This document shows positions 25,419 through 38,417 of a stretch of DNA of 64,000 nt, one piece after another. A program made the translations under genes and the position numbers. Each line of letters begins with the position of its first letter. Position 1 is the stretch's first letter. The notes under the pieces are model-generated. The model searched no databases. It was not told the DNA's origin and saw only the letters and a program-made list of their open reading frames with translations. Origin of the DNA: Octopus sinensis. Taxonomy: Eukaryota. The stretch lies in assembly GCF_006345805.1 (NCBI RefSeq), contig NC_043024.1, forward strand, positions 15,872,001 to 15,936,000, read 5' to 3'.

Positions 25419-26029
25419 TCTATATATATAAAACTCAACTTGTGTGTCTGTGTGTGTATCTGTGTGTGTGTCTGTGTGTTTAACTTCCCGGCACATCTCT
25501 TCCTATCCAACAAATCATAGAACCACCAAAAATGGGTCTCTTAAAGTTTAGGCGAATGAAAATTGAACTGCGCTATTTCTGTTCCGAAATTCATCTCACA
25601 CGTGCAAAAATCGATAATGTGTTTGTTTAGGCCTTATCCCATGCATTGAATAGTGAACTTTACTCAGTCAGCTGTTTGATGTGAACTGTGTTCACCACGC
25701 GTGCAAGCATACGTAAATTGCATGAAAAATTAAAAAAATCAAGATATAAAAACGAATCGCCGTAAACATTGTAGAAATTCAGCAAAGAAATGAAATTTCG
25801 GGATGTAGCCTGGAGGGGTTTTTTGTATTAATTGTTTGGACTTTGTGAACAATTGTTTTCATAACATTTTTAACGCTTTCAATTAAATGTGGCCATTTTG
25901 CGTTGAGTCTGCAGTTTGAATCACTTTAACCAAATTTAGCAGGCCGGATTTTTGATCATCACGATACATCGCCAGCGACTCCCTGAAACTCTCCCCTGAA
26001 ATCCCCGTTGAGCCGGGCAATACTGCTAG
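25419..26029 (+). mobile_element. Non-autonomous Helitron
   Basis: 5' TC(tatatatataaaact), 3' cccg...cggg hairpin then CTAG, inserted between A and T. Confidence 0.8.
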
Positions 26030-26070
26030 TATATAAATATATTTTCTCTTTATAAACAAAAATATCAAAG

Positions 26071-26178
26071 CGTGTGGACCCCAGAATATGGCGAATATAT
26101 GATGGAAGGCAAATCCAGAAATCCTTTTGGTAGTTCTATGGCTGATCTGAATCGTATAGAAGATTATTTTAAGGAAAG
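26071..26178 (+). CDS. GCLC: GCLC-like copy 2, coding exon 3 (VWTPEYGEYMMEGKSRNPFGSSMADLNRIEDYFKE)
   Basis: Matches LWRPEYGSYMIEG; phases 2/2 fit both neighbours; acceptor is a weak A-rich AAG. Confidence 0.88.
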
Positions 26179-26404
26179 GTAACCATAATATTTTTTATTT
26201 ACTTTATTTACATTTATACAGAAATATTTAAGACTTCATTCATTTTGTAAAAAATAGCAACGTTGATTTCTAACAGACAAATGCCTGGTTCTCCGTATTT
26301 CTAGTGGCCACATATTTGAACCTATAACGCCTGTTGTTTGTATATATGTACATATGTGTACGTGTGTGTGTGTGAGTGTAAATATATGCATATGTATATG
26401 TATT

Positions 26405-26585
26405 GTGGCACTCTGTCGGTTACGACGACGAGGATTCCATTTGATCCGATCAACGGAACAGCCTGCTCGTGAAATTAACGTGCAAGTGGCTGGGCACTCT
26501 ACAGACACGTGTACCCATAACATAGTTCTCGGGGAGATTCAGCGTGACACAGTGTGATAAGGCTGGCCCTTTGAAATACAGGTAC
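26405..26585 (-). mobile_element. tRNA-derived SINE family D. Other copies at 36120-36430, 38885-39190, 43850-44005, 44660-44835, 52745-52880 and 56075-56200
   Basis: Shared gaaattaacgtgcaagtggctgagcactccacagacacgtgtacc core; tRNA-like head visible in the 38885 copy. Confidence 0.85.
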
Positions 26586-27066
26586 AATATAAACTGGAAG
26601 AAAGATTGAGAGAAAGTTGTGGTGAAAGTGTACAGCAGGGTTCGCCACCACCCCCTGCCGGAGCCTTGTGAAGCTTTATGTGTTTTCGCTTAATAAACAC
26701 TCACAACGCCCGGTCTGAGAATCGAAACTGCGATCCTACGACCGCGAATCCGCTTTTCTAACCACTGGGCCATTGCGCCTGATATGTATAGTTGTTAAGG
26801 TATGCTCATATATATATATATATCTATATGTGTGTGTTTGAGTATATGTGTATAATTAAATACTTAGAATAGGCAAGAATTGGTCCAGGCCATGACCAAC
26901 TTAATAGCACCACTCGGAGAAGACATTTAATGATGTTTTCCATTAGAGTCAATCTGTGGGCATCGCAGTCAAATAAAGAGTAATTGTTTGCAGAGATATA
27001 TCTGGGTGTAGATGGGTCATCTGAAATTTGTTGGAGGATGTCTAGATGCCTATACAGTTGTAAACC

Positions 27067-27104
<38 letters not shown>

Positions 27105-27108
<4 letters not shown>

Positions 27109-28391
27109 ATGTCCCCAAATTAAAACAACCAATTATTTTAAATTTTGCCAAAGCAAGACATTGTTAGATTTCGGGTCCGGGCGATGCAATGCAATGGTAA
27201 AGGAAACAGAGTTATGACATTAACGCATTTATTCGATATGACCACCTCTGTTTCGAATCACAGCCTGAAATATAGGTGCAAATGATTCACACGCGGCACG
27301 CAGCTGTTCTTGTGGAATCGAAGCCCATTCCTGGCGCAGTTTTGCCTTCAGACTGTCGATCGAAGCATGAGGAATACTCAAGACCATGGTCTCCAAAATG
27401 GACCAAACAGAAAAATCCAGTAGGTTGAGATCGGGGTTTCTTGAGGGCCATACATCCTTACCTATGAACGACGGAATGTTTTTTTTTCTGAATCCAATGT
27501 TGTGTCTCTTTGGAGCTGTGGGGTCGTTTCTTGTCCTGTTCGAGGCCCCATGGTGTGCCTTGAAAGTGCTCATTCGCCCATGGAAGCAGTTCAGCTTCGA
27601 GAATGTCGCTAATGTATCTCTGGGTGTTAATTTTAAAAACCGATGGTACAAAATCGAGGGGAGACCTTCCAGTGGCTGTCACAGCCGTCCAAACCCTAAC
27701 TGACTGCGGATTTTGACGTCGATTTACGAGTCTACCCTCGACTGAACCAGTTGCACTCCAAAGTCGGTCAGTCTGGTGGTTTACTCTCTGTTTGATGTCA
27801 AATTTCTTTTAATCAGTGGGCACCAAGTTGGACAGCGTGCCTTCAGCAATCTGATGGAGGATAAGACGACTTCTCTCCAGTCTCTTGGCCTTATTATCTT
27901 GCGTGAGCTCATGACAGCGGATCATCTTGTAGCTGTGGGTCCTGAGATCTTCCTTCAGTCCTCGATATATCGATGTTTGGCTCATTTTGGCTGTGGCAGC
28001 CAGTTAAATGATGCAACGACTGGGATTTCATTTCTCTGGTACTTTTGATAATCTGGGGAGTTCGTACACTTCTTTTTCGGCCACGTTTACATCGATAAGC
28101 GGTGGAACCAGTCTCTTGAAATTTCTTCACAATTTTCCAGACTGTTGTTCGATTAAATCTAGCTTTTTTTTTTTTTTGCTATAGCTATATTACTTTTTCC
28201 TCATTTGTGAAGGGTTATGATTGTATTTCGGTATATAGCCATTATCTTTAAGAAGTCTAAATTTCTTTAGTCTGAAACAAAAACAAGACACACTAAACTT
28301 TTATAACGATGTATAATTTTCATATCTTATCACATGTACTGATAATTATTAAAGTCCGAAACTTTGGTTGCCTTAATTTTGGGACACCCTG
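27105..28391 (-). mobile_element. Tc1/mariner element of the maT (DD37D) type, decayed transposase
   Basis: ~26 bp TIRs (cagggtgtcccaaaattaaggcaacc-like); WPSRNPDLNLLD motif; about 37 residues between the QD aspartate and the final D across a frameshift. Confidence 0.88.
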
Positions 28392-28405
28392 TGTATGTAT
28401 ATATA

Positions 28406-28458
<53 letters not shown>

Positions 28459-29241
28459 ATGTATGTACGTACGTACGTATGTATGTATGTATGTATGTAT
28501 GTATGTATGTATGTATGTATGTATGTATGTATGTATGTATACTCCCACTTAAAAGTGGATGTTGTGTAAGAACACAGAATACTGTTTTAGTTAACATGAG
28601 AGAACCTCTTATATGGACTTGTTTACATCGCTAGCAGGAGACAGTCAACGCCATCATCGCCACCGAGACTACCAGATCATGTAATTTCGGCCTTACTTGG
28701 CTTTGTCACTAGCAGACACCTGACTGCTGGAAATAGCAGCGACTACTCCGCTAGCGATATACATAAAATCACAGTACCTCATGAGGCACTGGCGTCATAG
28801 TGGGCTTATTGACAAATAATTAAGGATTTCAAACTTTGGCACAAGGCCACCAATTTTGAGGAAGGGTGTAAGTCGATTACACTGACCCCAGTGCTCAACT
28901 TGTACTTATTTCATTGACCCCGAAAGGATGAAAGGCAAAGTCGACCTCGGCGAAATTTGAACTCAGAACATAAAGACAGGCGAAATACCACTAAGCATTT
29001 TGTCCTTCGTGCTGACAGTTCTGCCATCTCGCCGCCTTTTACTGACAACTAATAAATGGCTGGAGAGAATAAATATGTTCTTCACGGTTGACCTCCGTCT
29101 AAACTACAAAACAACCACAATATATTTAGTGTTTTCTCTTTTTGCCGTTGTTTTTGTTGTTACTTTCTAAGTGTAAAATGTATAAAATCTATTTTGTTCA
29201 GTCTTATGATACATCAAGAATCCATCTTGTTAATATTTTAG

Positions 29242-29307
29242 ACGTAAATCCATAAAACAATTGTTGGGCCCAGATCAAAGTCTAGTTACTTCAACAGTTT
29301 TTCCAAG
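29242..29307 (+). CDS. GCLC: GCLC-like copy 2, coding exon 4 (RKSIKQLLGPDQSLVTSTVFP)
   Basis: AG and GTAAGT boundaries; matches the ...TITSFPR segment. Confidence 0.9.
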
Positions 29308-29542
29308 GTAAGTGAAATCTGTAAACCAATCCCGATTTCAAATTTTCACACAAGGTCAGCACTTTCAGGTAAGGAGACAAGTCGAATAAATCGACCCCAG
29401 TATTCAACTGGTATTTATTTTACCAATCCCGAAAGGAGGAAAGACAAAGTCAACCTCGACAGCATTTCAACTAAGAACTTAAAGACGGACCAAATGCCAC
29501 TACACATTTTGCTTGGCATACTCTTTTACTCTTTTACTCGTT

Positions 29543-29597
<55 letters not shown>

Positions 29598-29654
29598 TAA
29601 TAAGATATTTGTTTTGCAAGATTTTTGATCTGAAATCATGTGTTGAAACAGATA

Positions 29655-30094
29655 TTGTATTTAGGAATGGTCATTTTGCCAGTTTAGCCAGTAAAAACAC
29701 ACGCACTATATATTTGGTGTTACTTTGCTTCGGTGTTATTTATTTTTTACATTAATCTTAATCTTATTTCGGCCACAGTTCTTTCGCTACACTCCTGTGA
29801 CCTCATCAGTGGTCCTTTGCTTTCTTCTTTCTTATTTGTGTGTCTCTCCTTACTAACGGTCAGCCATGTATTCCTATTGTATGCGTCTTCATTTGCGCAT
29901 GCGTATAACTCTATGTGTGTCTATGTTTAGTTAGTGTGTGTGATGAGGTCACAGGAGTGTGACGAAAGAACTCTGGCCGAAATAAGATTAAGGTTAATGT
30001 AAAAAATAAATAACACTGAAGCAAAGTAACACCAAATATATAGTGCGTGTGTTTTTACAGGCTAAACTGGCAAAATGACCATTCCTAAATACAA
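29655..30094. repeat. Inverted repeat with 154 bp arms, each ending in a damaged hammerhead motif (29771-29815 minus, 29941-29978 plus)
   Basis: Arms 29655-29808 and 29941-30094; (C)TGATGA-G-GTCACA/GGAG/TGTGAC-GAAA-GAACTC-TGG. Confidence 0.8.
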
Positions 30095-30766
30095 CAATAA
30101 TATTAATCTTTTCTACTTTAGACACAAGGCCCGAAATTTTGGGGGAAGGGGCCAGTCGATTAGATCGACCTCAATATGCAACTAGTACTTAATTTATCGA
30201 ATCCGAAGGATGAAAGATAAAGCCAACCTAGGCAGAATTTGAACTCAGAACGTAACGACGGGCGAAATACCGCTAAGTATTTCATTCAGCGCGCTAACGA
30301 TAATAGTTTTTGAAGCATGACCAGTAAACAAGTGTCACCTTAGTCTGCTGGTTGTGGACGGCTGAAACTTTCCATCATACTCAGAAAAATAAGCTGTGTT
30401 TTCATATTATTATTATTATTATTATTAAAATGTTTCAAATCTTGGTACAAGACCAGCAGTTTTTTAGAGGGAGAAAGATAGTTGGTTATATCGATCCAAG
30501 TACTTAACTCATACTTTATTTCATCGACCCCGAAGGAAAGGAAGAAAAAGTTGACTTCGGTTGATTTGAACTCACAACGTAAAAATCCAGAACTGCCATT
30601 AAGCATTTGTCATTTTATTTTATTTTACTTGACACAAATCGGCTGATATTGGCGACATTACATTAACAGGTTTGAATAGTTATTTTTATATAGAAATCGT
30701 ATAAAAAGGAAATGAATTTTAATTATATCTGATCGTAATTAGTTTTAATTTTGCTTTCTATTTCAG

Positions 30767-30883
30767 ACTGGGCCGACCTAATTTCACTTTCCCCTCTTTC
30801 GAACCAAACAAAAATCCAACTGAATTGCACCAATCGATCTTCTTAGCAGATGCTCCTCTGTATTCCCATTTTCCGTTATTTAA
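30767..30883 (+). CDS. GCLC: GCLC-like copy 2, coding exon 5 (LGRPNFTFPSFEPNKNPTELHQSIFLADAPLYSHFPLF)
   Basis: TTTCAG and GTGAG boundaries; matches LGCPGFT...SLFFPD...HPRF. Confidence 0.9.
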
Positions 30884-31816
30884 GTGAGCCGTTTACATTT
30901 TTTACGTATTTTGTAGCATGTTAACGTTTTTCTGCGTTATTGAGTAGTTCAAATATCAACGGGATTCACTGATTTTTTTTTTATCTTAGAATAAAGTACC
31001 TGTCAATGACAGGGGTCGATGTAACCTACGCTACCATGTCCTCTCACAACGCGTAACCATTTCCCTATGTTAGATAGGTTAGACATCAGCATTTGGTCAC
31101 AATACTTCTCTCTATCTTGTGTTCAAATCCTATCAAAGTCAGTATTGTCTTGCATCTAAAAAAACTGGTAGAAGACAGAAAGACTCAATACCAGAAACAA
31201 ACCAAAGAGAAAAGGCAAGAGCGAATATAGAGTCATTGATAGCTAAATAAAGTTCTAGAAACAAAGTAACTACAGCTAAAATATAACTGTTGCTTAATAA
31301 AGACATCCACACGCGCGCGCGCACGCACACAGAGACAGTGAGTGAGTGAGAGAGAGAGAGGTGGGGTATCAGTTAAAATTCTTCCAATTCACTTGTATAG
31401 ATTATTCTTAGTTTATCTTCTATCATAAGTATTTTCCCGGCTGGTGAGTTCAGCCATTTTGTTTAAAGCTTTCATGGAAACTCAGAAGAGACAAATATAG
31501 TGTTTACCTCCGATGAAGTTTCTGTATCAGATCCACTCACAAGGCTTTAGTCGGCCCGAGGCTATTGTTGAAGACACTTGCCCAAGGTTCCACGCAGTGG
31601 GACTGAACCTGGAACCATGTGGTTGGGAAGCAAGCTTTCTAGACAGCCATTCCTGCACCTTATATGTTAGCAAGATTAAAGGTAAAAGAAGTTGTTTTGT
31701 ATGATAGAATGCAGTTGCAGCTGAGGTTTCTATATTTAAAAAGACTAAACAGGAACCATGATCTTCGAAATTGTCAAATTTTCAATTCTTAAATATTTTA
31801 TATTTTCCCAATCAAG

Positions 31817-31875
31817 TCAGCGAACTCAAAATATTGTGAACAGAAGAAAGGAAAGAATTTCCATTAACGTACCGA
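31817..31875 (+). CDS. GCLC: GCLC-like copy 2, coding exon 6 (QRTQNIVNRRKERISINVP)
   Basis: 59 nt, GTAAGT donor; matches TRNIRHRRGEKVVINVP. Confidence 0.9.
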
Positions 31876-32544
31876 GTAAGTATATTAAACATAAAATAGA
31901 TTGTCTTTCTAATAAGTGAGATATCAATATATTCATATATAAATTAGTACACAAACTTTTGAACAGTTTTTTTATAAGTAATATGACTCTTACATATTTC
32001 TTATAAGTAATATGACTCTTACATGGTTCGAATAATGCTTCAATTTATTTCAATATTTCCCTCAATAATAATAATAATAATAATAATAATAATTAATGTT
32101 AGAACTGTAATGGAGTTATATATTGCATTGGTGCTCAACGCTGGGAGCACATTTCGGTGTAGCCGGGGCCGTTGTAAGCCAATGGAGGCGTTTGAATAAC
32201 TCCTGTTCTTTTGCCACTCAGTTGTTATTTAATATCAATTTTTTAAATAAAAGCGCAATTTTCAAAAATAATTTGGAAACCAACATTTTTAACCCCTCAG
32301 ACGAGGTCGAAATTAAAGGAAACTGGTTCTTGCAAAGGATACTTAGCTCTGTGTATACAATGAGTTAACAATTCAGTTCTTTTATTCAAATCATTTCTTC
32401 CTTCAAGCAAATTTTGTAATAATATAATTATATATCTCGATTTATAATTTGCATAATATTTCTTCGAAATATGTCATTCCTTATTGTGCATTTGATTATA
32501 ATTTGTAAACTGGTTCTGCCTCGAATATAAAATTGTTGTTTCAG

Positions 32545-32762
32545 TTTATAAAGATAAAAATACCATGATGCCATATGGGGAAGACTTGTCTGTGTATGGA
32601 GAAAATAACGAGATGAAGAAATCATTGAAACCCGGCCATATTTACATGGACACGAAACTATTTGGGCTTGGTTGTTGTTCCCTCCAAGTTACATTTCAAG
32701 CTGCTGATATAAAAGAAGCTGCTTACCTCTATGACAATCTGATACCGCTTACTCCAATTATG
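32545..32762 (+). CDS. GCLC: GCLC-like copy 2, coding exon 7 (YKDKNT...KPGHIYMDTKLFGLGCCSLQVTFQAADIKEAAYLYDNLIPLTPIM)
   Basis: Contains the GCLC HIYMD...LQVTFQ signature; also visible in ORF 32565-32816. Confidence 0.96.
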
Positions 32763-33618
32763 GTAGGCATCACTTTATATATCCGTTCGTTATCAACAGA
32801 TTTTTTTTGTTTTTAGTAGAGCTATGACCCTGAAGTTTGTTAACAGAATACTACAGCGTTAACTGTTCTAAACCAGGCATTTAACTGTACATTAACATAT
32901 TCTGTCAATATAGACCGCCTTACAAAATATGTTGCACTGTTAACAAATATACTGTCAATATAAACTAAAATATCAACATATCCTACAGTGTTTACATTAA
33001 TTATGCTTACTTGCTCCTTCTCGTGCTATGCCTGGCTCAAAAGGGCCGCTTTTCCAGTTTCATTGGCGTATAGGTTTGCTAACTGGTCAGGACGCCAGTC
33101 CGTCACAGGTGAGCTGCAAGATGCAGGAAGGAAGAGTGAGAGAAAGTTGTGACGAAAGAGTCAGCAGAAGTTCGCCATTACCTGCAGCCGGAGACACGTG
33201 AGGCTTAAGTGTTTCGCTCATAAACACACACATCGCTAGGTCTGAGATTCGAGCCCGCGAATCCCTCGACTGCACGTCTGCTGCTGTAACCACTAGGCCA
33301 TGTGCCACCAGTTACATTAATTATACTATGAATATATATATCACACTGTTTAAATATATAATGCCAAAGTGTATTATACTGTTAAAGTATACAAACAATT
33401 CGTGGCACTATATCGGTTATATAGTTTCATGTACATATAGTTTCATGTACATGACAAGTACCATCATCAGGCGCCTGATGAAAGTACTTGTCATGTACGT
33501 AAAACTATTAGTAGTGCGTGTAATACATGTGGAGTGAAACGCATACATTAATATCGAACTCTCGTTAAATGGCATACTCTTCTTGTTGACCTTTTTACGC
33601 AAATCAATTTATTGTATA

Positions 33619-34142
33619 CTAGCAGTATCGCCCGGCGTTGCTCGGGTTTGTAAGGGAAATAACTATATAAGCATTTTTAGAGAGTTACTTCCTTTATAGA
33701 TGCCAATTTGGGCTTTCTTAGCCATTTCTGTTTTGGTGTCTTCAAGCCATGAAGTCGTTGTTCTAAAAGAACGCTGGTCTCCTTGACAACGCTTTACGAC
33801 GTTAATTTTCTTACACTCCCTTCCCCACAGCTTCACGAGGGAGGGAAGAAGGGGGAGAAGCAAACAGGTGCAGGTGTGACCATGGACGCCAACTCCGCCA
33901 CCATCGACACACGAAAAATTATGCATTAAAATGGAATAAAAAATGATGTTAAATTATTTTTAAAATCGTAGACTCATCGTAGACGCGCGCTAATACTCAG
34001 ACGGGCTCGATATTAATCACGACTATAAGATACCCGAATTTGGTTAAACTGCACCGCAAAATGTGGGAGTAGTTAGGAATCTAAACTGCACCGCAAAATG
34101 TGGGAGTAGTTAGGAAACTACAGTTTTATATATATATATAGA
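33619..34142 (-). mobile_element. Non-autonomous Helitron with the same termini as 25419-26029; contains an internal ~37 bp tandem duplication
   Basis: Minus strand starts TCtatatatatataaaact and ends ccgagcaacgccgggcgatactgCTAG. Confidence 0.8.
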
Positions 34143-34277
34143 TATGTGTGTCTGTCTGTGTGTATGTGTGTGTGTATAATTAATCCAAAAACAAAAAAAG
34201 AGAAAAAAAGCAACAACAACACGAGGACGTGGTACATTCAAAGTATTGAAAGACGCTCAGGGAAGGAAAGAAAGGGT

Positions 34278-34312
34278 GTTTTACGTTTCGAGCAAAGCTC
34301 TTCTTCAGAAAC
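34278..34312 (-). ncRNA. Minimal hammerhead motif, same repeat family as 4977-5011
   Basis: GTTT-CTGAAGA-A-GAGC/TTT/GCTC-GAAA-CGTA-AAAC; downstream flank is homologous to 5012-5075. Confidence 0.7.
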
Positions 34313-34379
34313 AGGAGACAGAGGAAAGTCCAAGAGAAAAGGAAGACAGAAGTTAAAAAATCGCCAACAATCCCCATGT

Positions 34380-34710
34380 ATATTATTAAGTAAGGAAATG
34401 GAGTTATTTAATGGATATAAATTTATTTATTTATTTATTAACACTGCCTACAATTGTTTTAATTTACACTCAACGCAAATTACAAACATATAGAATAAGG
34501 TTGAGGTGTCTCAACCGATCAACGTATTTTCCTTAATGTCCTTTTGCCTTGATGAATTTTGATATTTTGCTCTGAATATTCAAAGTGCAAACTTATTTTA
34601 TTCTATCTATTTGTAATTTGTATTGAGTGTAAATTAACACAATTGTAGGCAATGTTAACAGATAAATTAATTTATATTCATTCTCTCCATTTTGTTACTT
34701 AATAATATAT
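34380..34710. repeat. Imperfect inverted repeat with ~115 bp arms
   Basis: 34380-34498 pairs with 34598-34710. Confidence 0.75.
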
Positions 34711-35735
34711 ACCATAGGAGCAAATAGTTCCTTCGAGTTCCTATTTGAAAAAACTTTATTCCTACCAGCGAAAATTTTATGTTGTTGATGTAATAAGAAT
34801 TTATAGATCTCGAGAGAAGGCGAAATAATTTTTAGTTTCTGCAACACTGGATCCCGAAGCAGATAAATAGTCACTACTATCCAAGCGTTATCTGCTTCAG
34901 GTTACACCGTTCAAAAAAGAATTATTTTATGGTTTATGAATTCGTATGATGTCAATAATTTTTAAAATAATCTATATTCCATTGTTGTAGTGTTTCTAAA
35001 TAAGAGAGGGTGTATATAGTCCAATCCATTATACACACCCGTTGTACTTTTTTTAGCCCGGTTAATATATTATTTCTTCGATCTCTAAAGTATCAAATGT
35101 AGATTATTATGTTATAAATTCTTACTATGGATTTATAGAAAGAATATTAGTTTAAAAGCTTGGTACAAGGCCAGCAAGTTCAGGGGATGAATTAGTTGAT
35201 TATATCAACCCCAGTTCACAACTGGTACTTATTTTATCGACCCCGAAAGGATAAAAGGCAAAGTCGACCTCAGCGGCATTTGAACTGAGAGGCCGCTAAG
35301 CATTTTCGCCGGCGTGCTAACGATTCTGCCAGCTCGCCGCCTGGTTTATAAAGAGAATATTACGTTTCATTCCTTCTAACAGTAAAGGGCATTGAATTAG
35401 CTGAATCGGTAGAGCATCGGGAGAAAATGTCTTGTATTCCTTCTTATTCTTTGCGTTCTGAGTTCAAATCCCTCGGAGGTCAACTGTACCATTCATCTTT
35501 TCTGCGCTGATAAAATAAAATACCAGTCATTTACTGGAATCAATGGCAACCATAGAAACTCCTCCCTCAAAACTGGTGGCCTTGTACCTTACGTATAGTG
35601 GTTTCTACTTTAAGTAGAAACCACTATACGTATCTCTAATTTTGATATTTAATTCTTATATTAAATTGCTTATTATACATTGTTCTATGGTGTTTCATCT
35701 ACTCTTAAACGAATGTTTTCGTCTTTTATCTTCAG

Positions 35736-35852
35736 TTAGCCCTGACCGCTGCCGCTCCCATTCATCGAGGATTTTTGTCTGATACTGACTGTCGCTGGTG
35801 TGCTTTGGTTCAGTCTTGTGATGACCGAACCAGACAAGAACAGGGGTTAGAA
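35736..35852 (+). CDS. GCLC: GCLC-like copy 2, coding exon 8 (LALTAAAPIHRGFLSDTDCRWCALVQSCDDRTRQEQGLE)
   Basis: Matches ALSAASPFYRGYVSDIDCRW...DDRT; AG and GTGAGT boundaries. Confidence 0.96.
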
Positions 35853-38278
35853 GTGAGTTTCAATATATTTATCTCATTCTTTAAAAGCAAAAACCTTGTG
35901 AAAAAAATGAATTAAAAAATTCTCTCCTATTTCTAAGTACGAATCAATTTGCGGTATAAATATTTTAAAGAAGACCTTTAAGCAATGCAGGTGAGAAATA
36001 AAGTAAAATATCTAAGTTGAGGCCAGTAAATAAATGCAAAGACAAAATATTGTGTCACTCTATATGGGCTGCTTAATGTTTCTATTATATGCGGGAAAAC
36101 CTTCTTATCAAATCTGGAGCACTTCATAGAAGACGAGGGTCCCAGCTGATACAATCAACGGAACAGCTTGCTCGTGAAATTAACGTGCAAGTGACTGAGC
36201 AATCCACAGACACGTGTACCCCTAACGTAGTTCTCAGGGAGATTCAGCGTGACACAAAGTTTGACAAGGCTGGCCCTTTGAAATACAGGTACAACACATT
36301 TTTAGCAGCTGAGTGGACTGGAGCAACGTGAAATAAAATGTCTTGCTCAAGGACACAACGTGTCGCCAAGAATCGAACTCACGACCTTAAATCGCGAGCC
36401 GAATGCCCTGACCACTAAGCCATGCGCCTTCACCCATTATCAAATACACTATAAAAACAACAGCTATTGCTCGGAGAACTCATTTTCAAAGAAGTCGATA
36501 AATTTAATACTTAAATCAGCTTCAAAGTTCCGATTCAGATACTGAATTCATAATTATGTCGTCATAGAGTGAAATCCTGTTTAGAATGGAACTTTGGATT
36601 GGATCATAATCTTAATGTCTTCGAAAACTGTGTTAGGCTTCCTTCTTTATCAATGTTTGTTCCTTCTCGAGCCACACCTGGCTCATAGGGTCGGTTTCCC
36701 ACTTTCCTTGGCGTATAGGATTCCCCACCTGAACGAAACGCCGGTCCGTCGCAGGTGAGCTGCAAGATGCAGGAGGAAAGAGTGAGAGAAAGTTGTGGCG
36801 AAAGATTCAGCAGAAGTTCGCCATTACCTTCTGCCGGAGCCGCATGGAGCTCAGGTGTTTCGCTCATAAATACACACATCGTCCGGTCTGAGATTCGAAC
36901 CCGCGATCCCTCGACCGCTGCTCTAATCACTAGGCCATGTGCCTCCACTTCTTTATCAATAGCATTTATTAATTGATTAAACATGTGAGCCGAAGACAAT
37001 AAGCTTTAACTGTTGCAGTCATCTTGATATCACCTTGATCTGCTGCTTGTAAACCATATGTGCTATTTAGCAACATAAGCATTTATCTAACATTCGTATG
37101 TTGGTGCTGCAGATTTTGTACAATGAACAGTGTATTACCTACGATCAGTGGCAGCACATGAAGACAGAATAAATATTCTGTCTTCAGAATATATTTCTTT
37201 TTTTTTTATTTTAGACAGAAAAACTATGAAAAAACAATCTTCAAACATTGAAGTAATAATCCAGATACATTTACTTGTTTTCTGTAGGACTGGAGTGTAG
37301 CTTTTAAATATTCGGCTGGGTTCACAAGATTGGGTTTTAACCAATAGTCTCTCACTGCATTACCTCCTCGTCCCATCCCAGGTATTAACGTCAAACTATG
37401 ATTACGATAAAAGTAAACGTCGCCCTTTTCAAGCCTAGCGAGGCTCATGGGTTCGGTTTCCCGGTTTCTGTGGCATATGTGTTCTCCCAGCTGGACGGGA
37501 CGCCAGTCCATCGCAGCATAACTCAAGAAACAGGAAGAGAGAGTGAGAGAAAGTTGGAGCGAAAGAGTACAACAGGGGTCGCCATCACCCCCTGCCGGAG
37601 CCACGTGGAGCTTTTAGGTGCTTTCGCTCAATAAACACACACAACGCCCGGTCTGGGAATCGAAACCGCGATCCTCCGACCGCGAGTCCGTTGCCCTAAC
37701 CACTACGCCATTGCGTCTCCACCAAACTATGCTTAGTAACTTAAAAACGACTATCGATGATTACATTGCTATGTAATGGGTCGGTCGTGTGTGCTGACAG
37801 AAGACATATCTTTCTTTTTTACTACCCACAAGGGACTAAACACAGAGGGGACAAACAAGGACAAACAAAGGGATTAAGTCGATTACATCGACCCCAGTGC
37901 GTAACTGGTACTTAATTTATCGACCCCGAAAGGATGAAAGGCAAAGTCGACCTCGGCGGAAGTTGAACTCGGAACGTAACGGCAGACGAAATACGGCTAC
38001 GCATTTCGTCCGGCGTGCTAACGATTCTGCCAGCTCGCCGCCTTCAGAAGACAATCTTAACTACATGAAAGAATTATTGGAAAAGTGTAACTTTCCTCTG
38101 TTATTTCTTTTAATTTTTTCCTCATGATGGAAAGAATAAAAATACTGTTCCTATGTCATAAATAGAAGTATGTTTTTGTGCTTTTACTTTATGATATCTT
38201 CTCTTCATGTCATAAATAGCAGTTTATTCTTGCATCTTTGAGTCATTGTTTTGACTTTATATTTTCTCTTCTTATTAG

Positions 38279-38417
38279 CCTTTGACAATTGGTAACAGTT
38301 TGATCAAGAAAACCCGTTTTGATACAGTAAGCAGTTACCTGTCTGTGAACGACAAGTTTTATAACGATTTCGATTACAGTTATGATGCTGAACAGTATGG
38401 ATTATTGAAGGCTGAAG
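38279..38417 (+). CDS. GCLC: GCLC-like copy 2, coding exon 9 (PLTIGNSLIKKTRFDTVSSYLSVNDKFYNDFDYSYDAEQYGLLKAE)
   Basis: Matches ISKSRYDSIDSYL...YND; 139 nt, phases 0/1. Confidence 0.93.
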
